61,613 bases of DNA, taken from positions 1 through 61,613 of the IMG/VR virus record IMGVR_UViG_3300032305_001973. One strand, 5' to 3'. Positions 54,828 to 61,613 of the stretch are shown one piece after another. The position numbers and the translations under genes were made by a program. The notes under the pieces were generated by a model. The model was given only the letters and a program-made list of their open reading frames with translations, was not told where the DNA came from and ran no database searches. This DNA is from a virus (taxonomy: Duplodnaviria; Caudoviricetes). Each line of letters starts with the position of its first letter. The first letter of the stretch is position 1.

Positions 54828-55653
54828 GACTTTCCTCCTGCACGGTTTGCCCGGCCCCCGGCGTGTGGCACCCCACCCCGTCAAGGAAGTCGGCGGTGGT
54901 GCTGCTGCCGTGACGCTCCCTGAGAATGGCGGCCAGTTCGTGGGCGACGGCGGCGGAGTTCACACGGCAGGCATTGCACGGGGCTTGGCAAGGCTTCGCT
55001 CCAGGTAGGACGGCAACGCACATGGCCAGGGCCAGGCGGTCGGCAGGGGTGATGGCGGCCGGTTCGCTGCTCTCGGGCACAGCCGGTCCATCGGTCTTCC
55101 ATGGCAACCCAGCCTGAGGCGCGGGGATCGGACGCCAAGGGCCTCCACGGTGGTCGGCGCCCTGCCATCCACCGCCGCACGGGCGGACGTAGTGGGGGGG
55201 GCCAGATAGCTGCTTGAGCAGGGTGGCGGCGCGGGTGAATCGCTCCGCCGTCGTATTGCACACGTCGTAAAACTCATCCCCACGATCCGCATCCTGTTCC
55301 AATGCAGCCACCAACTTCGCCACCTCCCCCACTTGCGGCGCTGGCGGGGTGGTGATCATCTCTTGCAGTACTGGGAGAGGATCTTGAGGTGGCGCACGGA
55401 AGGTATCACCCCAAAGCAATGCGCCATTACTGCCCGGTGCAAACCCAAACTTTTCGCACAACTCAACAGCATCGGCGAGGATTGGCCCTTCCACTTGGTC
55501 CGCATCGGGCGCGTCTGACCGAAAACTAAGCGTGCAGGTTTCACCCGGTTTAAGGAAAGGTGAATTTGCCGTTAGCAATTTTTCACCACCTGTAACGTCT
55601 ACAAGATAATCGCCGGGCATTGAGCGTCGGATCGTAACTTTAATGTCGTTCAT
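54820..55653 (-). CDS. Mosaic hypothetical protein
   Basis: Start MNDIKVTIRR, overlap-coupled. Confidence 0.6.
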   Translation of the reverse strand: MNDIKVTIRRSMPGDYLVDVTGGEKLLTANSPFLKPGETCTLSFRSDAPDADQVEGPILADAVELCEKFGFAPGSNGALLWGDTFRAPPQDPLPVLQEMITTPPAPQVGEVAKLVAALEQDADRGDEFYDVCNTTAERFTRAATLLKQLSGPPHYVRPCGGGWQGADHRGGPWRPIPAPQAGLPWKTDGPAVPESSEPAAITPADRLALAMCVAVLPGAKPCQAPCNACRVNSAAVAHELAAILRERHGSSTTADFLDGVGCHTPGAGQTVQEESHG

Positions 55654-55925
55654 TGTTGGTCGTGGCAAGCGGGCAGTCTTTCCAGTAGATGGGCGATGCG
55701 CAACATTTCCCGGCCGGTCAAAAGCATCAGATCGCGCCGCGATCTCACGCATTCGGCATCGGCCCTTAACTTATCTATCAGTTCTTCTACCTCGTCGACA
55801 AGGAGCGCATTGCGGGCGTGATCCATGGCCATGGCCAGCAGGTTATCCGCTGCTGGCCCTACCTCCCACCCATCAACAGCATTGACCAGCTGCTGCAGGG
55901 CGGCGCGAAAGTCGGGTTCAGGCAT
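55650..55925 (-). CDS. Hypothetical protein, paralog of 44499..44876
   Basis: MPEPDFRAALQQLVNAVDGWE. Confidence 0.65.
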   Translation of the reverse strand: MPEPDFRAALQQLVNAVDGWEVGPAADNLLAMAMDHARNALLVDEVEELIDKLRADAECVRSRRDLMLLTGREMLRIAHLLERLPACHDQQ

Positions 55926-56181
55926 TGGGGTTAGGGGTGGTGGGAACAACACAAGAGCAGGCCCCTGGCGTCGGGCAACCGCGTGGCTCGATCGCAACTG
56001 GCTGGCCTGGCGGGTTCTCGCGCAGCCACGCGGCGGCCTGATCGGCTAGCTGCCGAACGCCAAGGAATCCCTGAAACCTAAGCTGGGCCAACCGCTCCAG
56101 CGGGGAGCGGTTGGCAAGGGCCTCGGCAGGTGAGTCGGGCGCGGTGCCGGCCGGGCCGTCGTAGAGGGTGTGCGTGGTCAT
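55918..56181 (-). CDS. Hypothetical protein
   Basis: Coupled 87-aa ORF. Confidence 0.55.
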   Translation of the reverse strand: MTTHTLYDGPAGTAPDSPAEALANRSPLERLAQLRFQGFLGVRQLADQAAAWLRENPPGQPVAIEPRGCPTPGACSCVVPTTPNPNA

Positions 56182-57086
56182 AATCCCATCTCTTGCTCAT
56201 CTTGCGCCTGCTCAGCCATAAGCAGCTGCCATTGTTCCCCTTCAGGGGTTAATCGCCAACCATGCGAAGTAAAGTCAATGGCTTTTTCAAGGCGATCAAG
56301 TATCGCAAAACGCACCGAAGAGCTATGGTCGTAAGCGGACATTTTGCTGTCAGGAACCGTTGCCTCTCCCCCTGCCGGCTGGGTGGGTTGGGTGTCCCGC
56401 TCCTCCCCTGGATACGGTTCGAGCACTTCCAGCCGTGCGCAGGTCACTGCGGTCTGAGCCAGAACATTGCCCCACGGAATCCCGGCGTTTTCGGTAATTG
56501 ACATCAACACCAGCAGCACATCGGCAGCCTCGCTGAGCGGATCGCCGTACTTGCCCCGGATGGCCTCGGCCAGCTCTGAACATTCCAAATGCAAGCAGGC
56601 AATCCGACAAGTCCAATGAAGAGACCAGTCGCGCTTCCTGCACATGGCCAGAACGCGGGCGGGTAGCGTGTCTGGGGGCTGGGCGGCGCCGCGCTGGTGG
56701 CCGAGGTTGTAGATGGCGCGGATTTGCGCTTTGAGCACTTCGACAGGAGTCAACGCTTTGTCGTAATCCCTGCAATTGAGAATCGCCACCTTTGCGGCAT
56801 CCGCATAGCAGTCAGCCAGTTCCTGATCCGTGACCACCGGAGCGCCCTCGGGCGTGGGGGCCGTCAGCTCAACGCTGCCGGGGATCGGCCGCTGCTCCAG
56901 CGCTTCCAGGCGTCGCACGATTGCCTCATTGCAAAATAAGCTGCTCTGGGATTGCTCAGTGGCGTCAGCCTCCAGCGCCTCCAACCGCTCCAGCAGGTGC
57001 AGTAGCGCCCGTGAGTAGGTCGAGCCATCGACAAGAACGGATTGACGCAACCAGGCCAAGACCTCGGGAGATAGCGGTTGAGTCAC
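56178..57086 (-). CDS. Mosaic protein with a MazG-like NTP pyrophosphohydrolase segment
   Basis: LHLECSELAEAIRGK...LSEAADVL (ExxE...ExxD). Confidence 0.6.
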   Translation of the reverse strand: MTQPLSPEVLAWLRQSVLVDGSTYSRALLHLLERLEALEADATEQSQSSLFCNEAIVRRLEALEQRPIPGSVELTAPTPEGAPVVTDQELADCYADAAKVAILNCRDYDKALTPVEVLKAQIRAIYNLGHQRGAAQPPDTLPARVLAMCRKRDWSLHWTCRIACLHLECSELAEAIRGKYGDPLSEAADVLLVLMSITENAGIPWGNVLAQTAVTCARLEVLEPYPGEERDTQPTQPAGGEATVPDSKMSAYDHSSSVRFAILDRLEKAIDFTSHGWRLTPEGEQWQLLMAEQAQDEQEMGL

Positions 57087-57814
57087 GCCTTCACCTCATG
57101 CCGCGCCAGAACCGAACGCAGAAACTCGGTAGCGGCTTCGTTGCTGTCATAGAAATGGCTGTGTGCCTCGACCCCCCCGAGCATCAAGCCGGCGACACCC
57201 GGGCCAACTGCGGCCTGCAGTAGCCGGCCAACCTCGCCGGCCTGGTGAATCAACCAGCCGCCCAGGCAGTGCCTGGTATCGCAGGTGTGCCAGGTGTGCA
57301 TTTCCAGCGCACCCTCCTGGAGCGCGGCAGCCGCGGCGGCCCTGAGGCGTTGAGGAGCGTCGGCTGCGATAGCGATGCCACTTGCCCCTTTGAGGTCAGC
57401 CCCTTCGAGGTTGGCCCCGCCGAGGCTGGCCTCTTCGAGGCTGGCCCCTTTGAGGCTGGCCCCGTTGAGGCTGGCCCCTTCGAGGTTGGCCCCGTTGAGG
57501 CTGGCCCCGTCGAGATCGGCCTCTTCGAGGTTGGCCCCGCCGAGGTTGGCCCTGTTGAGGCTGGCCCCGTCGAGGCTGGCCCCTTTGAGGCTGGCCCCGT
57601 TGAGGCTGGCCCCTTCGAGGCTGGCCCCGTCGAGGCTGGCCCAGTCGAGGCTGGCCCCTTCGAGGTTGGCCCCGTCGAGGTTGGCCCTGTTGAGGCTGGC
57701 GCCGTCGAGGATGGCCCCTTTGAGGCTGGCGCGTTGGCCGCTCGGATCACCGGCCAACCAGCGAGCGTGGCTGGCCAGGATTTCGGGCAGGTTGCGTGTT
57801 GGTGATTCAGGCAT
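57083..57814 (-). CDS. Pentapeptide-repeat protein
   Basis: More than 20 A(S/N/D)LxG repeats (15-nt DNA repeat at about 57385-57730); C-terminal WHTCDTRHCLGGW. Confidence 0.9.
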   Translation of the reverse strand: MPESPTRNLPEILASHARWLAGDPSGQRASLKGAILDGASLNRANLDGANLEGASLDWASLDGASLEGASLNGASLKGASLDGASLNRANLGGANLEEADLDGASLNGANLEGASLNGASLKGASLEEASLGGANLEGADLKGASGIAIAADAPQRLRAAAAAALQEGALEMHTWHTCDTRHCLGGWLIHQAGEVGRLLQAAVGPGVAGLMLGGVEAHSHFYDSNEAATEFLRSVLARHEVKA

Positions 57815-57890
57815 AGGAGCTTCAGGGGGTGGGGGGTGGCGACCGTGGGGCTTATAGCGATGCCGTGAGGCGGGGCAGGCCCAGGGGGGA

Positions 57891-58094
57891 TTAGGTGCCG
57901 CGACCGGCTGATATCAGTTCCCTGGCTTTACCCAGGTGCCCGGCAGCCAGCTCAACGGCACCGGGGATCGGCCGCGCCTCCAGCGCCTCCAACCGCTCCA
58001 GCAGGTGCAGGAGCAACCTGTCATAGGTGTTGCCATCAACAGCAGCGCACTGGCGCAGCCAGGCAAGGTCTTCAGGCGACAGTGGGCTGCTCAT
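57891..58094 (-). CDS. Short paralog of the 56178..57086 N-terminus
   Basis: PLSPEDLAWLRQ...LLHLLERLEALEARPIPGAVEL. Confidence 0.6.
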   Translation of the reverse strand: MSSPLSPEDLAWLRQCAAVDGNTYDRLLLHLLERLEALEARPIPGAVELAAGHLGKARELISAGRGT

Positions 58095-58258
58095 CCCTTC
58101 ACCTCGAAGGGCAGGATTCGCACTTCCATTCCTTCACCTAATAGCTCTTTTGCCCGCGTTGACATCTCTGCAAATTGTTCAAAGCGCTCGGTGCCGACTA
58201 GGGCACGACGGCCGGGGCCAGGCGTGCGTTTGATGTACCAGCTGATCTGGAAGGTCAT
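58091..58258 (-). CDS. 55-aa hypothetical protein
   Basis: My translation is MTFQISWYIKRTPGPGRR...; ATGA overlaps on both sides. Confidence 0.5.
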   Translation of the reverse strand: MTFQISWYIKRTPGPGRRALVGTERFEQFAEMSTRAKELLGEGMEVRILPFEVKG

Positions 58259-58590
58259 CGAAGGGGATCCTCAAAGGGGGTGTCGTAGGTGATCACTGAC
58301 GGGTCGGCAGGCTTTGCTGGTTGGTCGTCGGTGGGCAGCATCGGGATCCCGCCAAGCGGGGGCATGGCACCTGCATTGCGTGCCAGGAACTCGGCAAACA
58401 GCTCGTCATCGCTGAGAGGCTGAGCCCATTCGCCGCACCAGTTATGAGGCAGCACCCACGGCCACTCAGCCAAGGCTTCTCCTTGCGCTGGCCTGGGGGC
58501 GTAACGATTGCAGGTGCCTTGTCCGTCGTCTTGCTCGACGTAGAACCGGCAGTTAGCGCAGCAGGGCGTTAAGTCATTCATTTCACTCAT
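58255..58590 (-). CDS. Cys-rich hypothetical protein
   Basis: CANCRFY...GTCNRYAP...WPWV..NWCGEW. Confidence 0.65.
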   Translation of the reverse strand: MSEMNDLTPCCANCRFYVEQDDGQGTCNRYAPRPAQGEALAEWPWVLPHNWCGEWAQPLSDDELFAEFLARNAGAMPPLGGIPMLPTDDQPAKPADPSVITYDTPFEDPLR

Positions 58591-58821
58591 CGGGCCCTCG
58601 GTGCTACGTGGCGTTCGTGCAGCAGCTGCTGATGTGCGTCCCGCAGGGCCAGAGCCTGACCAAGGATGACGGCTCCCAGTAACAGCAGGATGACCAGGAT
58701 TGTGGGTCCTACTCGGCGATCGGAGGCTTCACTGCGGCGGCGGCGCTCGGCCTGGAGCTCCTCCTCTGCGCGATCAGCAGCACCAGCAGAGCGGCGGCTA
58801 AAAATCGCGGGAAGGGACGGC

Positions 58822-59025
58822 TCAAACGAGCACCTCGCAGGGGATGGCGTCACATCGAAGGACCACGGTGCCGGGGTGCCGCGCCTCAAAGGCTTGTTTG
58901 GCGTCGTGGGCGTTCCAGCCGTCAGGCGTGACCCATTCGGTGTGCTGGGTGTCGCTGGACTGAAAGATGCTGGGGAGGATGGAATTTGCACGGGTCGGGT
59001 TGTGGTAGGTGATTGAGAAGGTCAT
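58822..59025 (-). CDS. Hypothetical protein
   Basis: MTFSITYHNP..., with a CACCACC leader. Confidence 0.55.
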   Translation of the reverse strand: MTFSITYHNPTRANSILPSIFQSSDTQHTEWVTPDGWNAHDAKQAFEARHPGTVVLRCDAIPCEVLV

Positions 59026-59231
59026 GGGATGGTGGTGAAGGGTTCGGGGTCTAACAGGCGCTGCGCTTGCTGCCGTTCTCTTGGGGCATGAAGACCCTGG
59101 AATCAACGGCAGACCTCGACGGGTCCCGATGCAGGCGAGAGGCCATGTGTTCCACCGCCTAACCCGAGCAGTGGATGGCATCACTTGGGAGCGCAGGTAG
59201 TCCGGCAACTCACCGGGCCATGCCCCGAGGG

Positions 59232-59495
59232 TCAGAGCAGTTCCTTGCCGGTGAAAGAGGGGGAGGCCGGCAGGTAGCACGCGGGGGGCAGCGGTGGAGT
59301 TGATGCGTTTGTGAGGAGATAGCTGATGCTGTGGAGTCGCCTGCGCCAATTCGTGACGGCCAGGGCGTCTACCGGTTGACCGTCTTCGCGGGAATTGTCC
59401 TCTAAAGAGCGGGCAGCCGATTCAGCATCGGCCAGCAGCTGATCCAGGGCGTTAGCTACCGGCTGCTGGCGGGGGGTGTGGGTGATCGTGGGCAT
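59232..59495 (-). CDS. Hypothetical protein
   Basis: 87 aa, CCACCACC leader. Confidence 0.55.
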   Translation of the reverse strand: MPTITHTPRQQPVANALDQLLADAESAARSLEDNSREDGQPVDALAVTNWRRRLHSISYLLTNASTPPLPPACYLPASPSFTGKELL

Positions 59496-59533
59496 TGGTG
59501 GTGGGGCGGTGTGGCTTGGAATGTTCTGAGCCG

Positions 59534-59791
59534 TTAGTTCCTAGACGGTAAAAGTAATCTTGCTTGTATCTCATGCGCGACCTTATTTACAATGTTTGGA
59601 TCAAATACTTCTCTCATTGGAAAGAATTTAATTGTGCCGTTCCAGCCGACAATGGCATTGCCATTTTCGTATCGAAAAAACTCGTAACTGTTTTTATCGC
59701 TGGCGTGCGCCGCTGTGTCGCCTGGAGACAGAAGACGCATTTCGGCAAGCACGATCTCAATAGCTGAATCAAGAATCTGATTGTTGTTCAT
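59534..59791 (-). CDS. AT-rich hypothetical protein
   Basis: 85-aa ORF. Confidence 0.5.
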   Translation of the reverse strand: MNNNQILDSAIEIVLAEMRLLSPGDTAAHASDKNSYEFFRYENGNAIVGWNGTIKFFPMREVFDPNIVNKVAHEIQARLLLPSRN

Positions 59792-59831
59792 GTTCGTATC
59801 AAAGCGGTGTAGTTTGGGAAGCGCGGCTTGA

Positions 59832-60521
59832 TTACTTGATATCCGCTGCGATCACAGATTCTGGATCTGCAAAACCAAATAGAGGCAAAAAGAAAAATGG
59901 CAAACCATTTGCGCGCATAACTGCAGCGCCTTGAATTTCATTTGTTGCCCCTGCGCTGGCCCATGCGCTGTCCCGTGCGCTGGCCCGTGCGCTGGCCCAT
60001 GCGCTGGCCCGTGCGCTGTCCCATGCGCTGGCCCGTGCGCTGGCCCATGCGCTGGCCCATGCGCTGTCCCGTGCGCTGTCCCGTGCGCTGGCCCGTGCGC
60101 TGTCCCGTGCGCTGTCCCGTGCGCTGGCCCGTGCGCTGGCCCATGCGCTGGCCCGTGCGATCCAATCCTCGGGGCTCATGTGGTCAAGATGCCGCCAAAA
60201 AGCAAGCACGATATGAGCTTGATCGCCAATTACCTTTTCGGGATCGCGTATAACAACTGAAGGCGCACCATCCTCCGTGTCGTTGATTAGTCGCAGCAGC
60301 ACTGCGTGAGCGCGACTGATTCCAAGCAACTCGGCAACACGTTTATCCGCTTCTTCCTGTTCAAGGTTGCTTAGATCATCAGCAGACATGCCGTCGAGAA
60401 AATGCAGCGCCTGTCCTTGCGCACACATGCAAGAACCATCATCGCTAACGAGACTTCCCTTGAACGGGATATTGCCGGGCCAGAAGGCCAGCAATTCTTC
60501 AACTGTGGTTGGGTTTGCCAT
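59832..60521 (-). CDS. Phage protein with (A/D)SA(R/W) tetrapeptide repeats
   Basis: 229-aa ORF containing an in-frame 12-nt tandem repeat. Confidence 0.7.
   Translation of the reverse strand: MANPTTVEELLAFWPGNIPFKGSLVSDDGSCMCAQGQALHFLDGMSADDLSNLEQEEADKRVAELLGISRAHAVLLRLINDTEDGAPSVVIRDPEKVIGDQAHIVLAFWRHLDHMSPEDWIARASAWASARASARDSARDSARASARDSARDSAWASAWASARASAWDSARASAWASARASARDSAWASAGATNEIQGAAVMRANGLPFFFLPLFGFADPESVIAADIK
59952..60155. repeat. 12-nt tandem repeat TGCGCTG(G/T)CCC(A/G), about 17 copies, coding
   Basis: Directly visible; two binary variable positions. Confidence 0.9.
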
Positions 60522-60560
60522 GAAGGGAAACTGAGTGGTGTGGTTTGGTAAGCGCAGCGG

Positions 60561-60800
60561 TTAGGCGTACGCGAAAGCCTCTTCCTCAACCGGTAGGAGC
60601 ACGGTGAGGGAGTAAGGGGCCTGCGTCTCGTCGTAGCTGGCCAAGGTGGCTGGCAGGGTGTCTACATCGCAGTAGTCGTCGTTGTCGTCGTTCTGGATGT
60701 AGAACCAGGTGGCCAGATCGTCGGATTGCCGCTGCTCCACAAAGGAGCAGAGGGGGTGGTCCCCGATGATGAGCAGAGCTTCGGCGAGGGGGGTGGACAT
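60561..60800 (-). CDS. Acidic hypothetical protein
   Basis: 79 aa after a leader cassette. Confidence 0.6.
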   Translation of the reverse strand: MSTPLAEALLIIGDHPLCSFVEQRQSDDLATWFYIQNDDNDDYCDVDTLPATLASYDETQAPYSLTVLLPVEEEAFAYA

Positions 60801-60854
60801 GGGCGGTTGGGGTGGTGGTGTGGGTTGCCGGATTGGCTCCGGCGGGCCATGGGG

Positions 60855-61019
60855 TCAGCCGACGTAGGCAGAGGAAACGCTGCTGGGGATTCCGTGATCT
60901 GCAAGGTGGCTGTTGATCCGATCAACCTCGCTTTGGGCTTCCTGCTGGGTTAGGCCCCAGTAACGGCGCTCGGCTGTGCCGTCGGGCTGGGTTTGATAGA
61001 CGGCGAAGGTGTTGGTCAT
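60855..61019 (-). CDS. 54-aa hypothetical protein
   Basis: My translation is MTNTFAVYQTQPDGTAERRYWGLTQQEAQSEVDRIN...; lies between two leader cassettes. Confidence 0.6.
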   Translation of the reverse strand: MTNTFAVYQTQPDGTAERRYWGLTQQEAQSEVDRINSHLADHGIPSSVSSAYVG

Positions 61020-61354
61020 GGCTGGCGATCGGGGTGGTGGTGTGGGGTGCCGAATAGGCCTCGACGGGGCCGTGGGCTAGGGCATGGCTGGTAGCCGGTC
61101 GGTGGTGGTGCCGGATGGGGCATGGGCTCCGGCGGACCCTTGTTGGTGGTGGTGCCGATTAGGCCTCGGCGGGCCGTGGGCTAGGGCATGGCTGGTGCTG
61201 GCGGGCGGTCTGGTTTGGTGGTGACGGGCCTTTGCCCCGGTCCACAAATCATAAGCCGTAAATCGCGCTTTCGTAAAGCCCTGCCGTCGTTGCGTTTCAG
61301 AAACCGTAACAACTGCACCAAAAGGAAAGCCCCGGCGGTTGCCAGGGCCAGGGA

Positions 61355-61613
61355 TCAGGCGGAGAGGGCCACCTCATATCGGGGGCTGGCCCCGAGCCTG
61401 AGGGTGCGTGAGCGGTGGCGCGTCAGTCCAGCCATCAGGGTGGCGGCTACAGCCTGCTCCCAGCACGCGAGGGCTTCCTCGTCCGATGCAGCGTGGATCA
61501 CGATGCGGGGGGAAGTGTCAAGGAATCCTTGACGGTTGGCGACGGGCTGGCGGTGGTTGGTGGTGAGCGGTGAGGCGGGCTGAAACTGCTCAAGGAACCA
61601 GCCATCCATCCAA
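61355..61613 (-). CDS. Hypothetical protein, 5' end possibly outside the window
   Basis: SPRIVIHAASDEEALACW resembles 8969..9187; followed by a hairpin and T-run near 61320-61350. Confidence 0.45.
   Translation of the reverse strand, partial: WMDGWFLEQFQPASPLTTNHRQPVANRQGFLDTSPRIVIHAASDEEALACWEQAVAATLMAGLTRHRSRTLRLGASPRYEVALSA

Noticed and set aside
57385-57730. 15-nt repeat as a third guide array
   Set aside because: It is fully explained by the in-frame pentapeptide-repeat protein.
1-61613. Window as a complete circular genome
   Set aside because: The methyltransferase running off position 1 does not continue convincingly at 61613, and I saw no terminal repeat.

Overview
The window is most of the genome of a GC-rich temperate siphovirus of picocyanobacteria; the host (Cyanobium/Synechococcus-like) is inferred from the cyanobacterial-type SSB and from gene content. 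No host genes are seen. The tyrosine integrase lies internally with phage genes on both sides, which fits a non-integrated genome. Modules from left to right: a truncated adenine methyltransferase and small early genes; RusA, SSB and ERF; a repressor-like gene; a replication initiator with internal iterons; a minimal PolX; xis/int; lysis; tail fibre, capsid and scaffold; tail genes with a -1 frameshifted chaperone; HNH; MuF, portal, a phage sigma factor and terminase; a second methyltransferase; dCTP deaminase; and many small early genes. The most striking content is two separate loci, each made of a stand-alone Cas7/RAMP-like gene, a small partner gene and non-coding arrays built on a 5-nt period (a fixed triplet plus a variable dinucleotide). 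Locus 1 (1879-4171) has about 20 GGY-NN units punctuated by GGCA/GGCT. Locus 2 (36668-38473) has five CGC-NN units, each closed by hairpins. There are no CRISPR repeats or other cas genes. These look like two non-CRISPR RNA-guided systems with different guide codes. Product calls come from motif recognition by eye, not from database searches.
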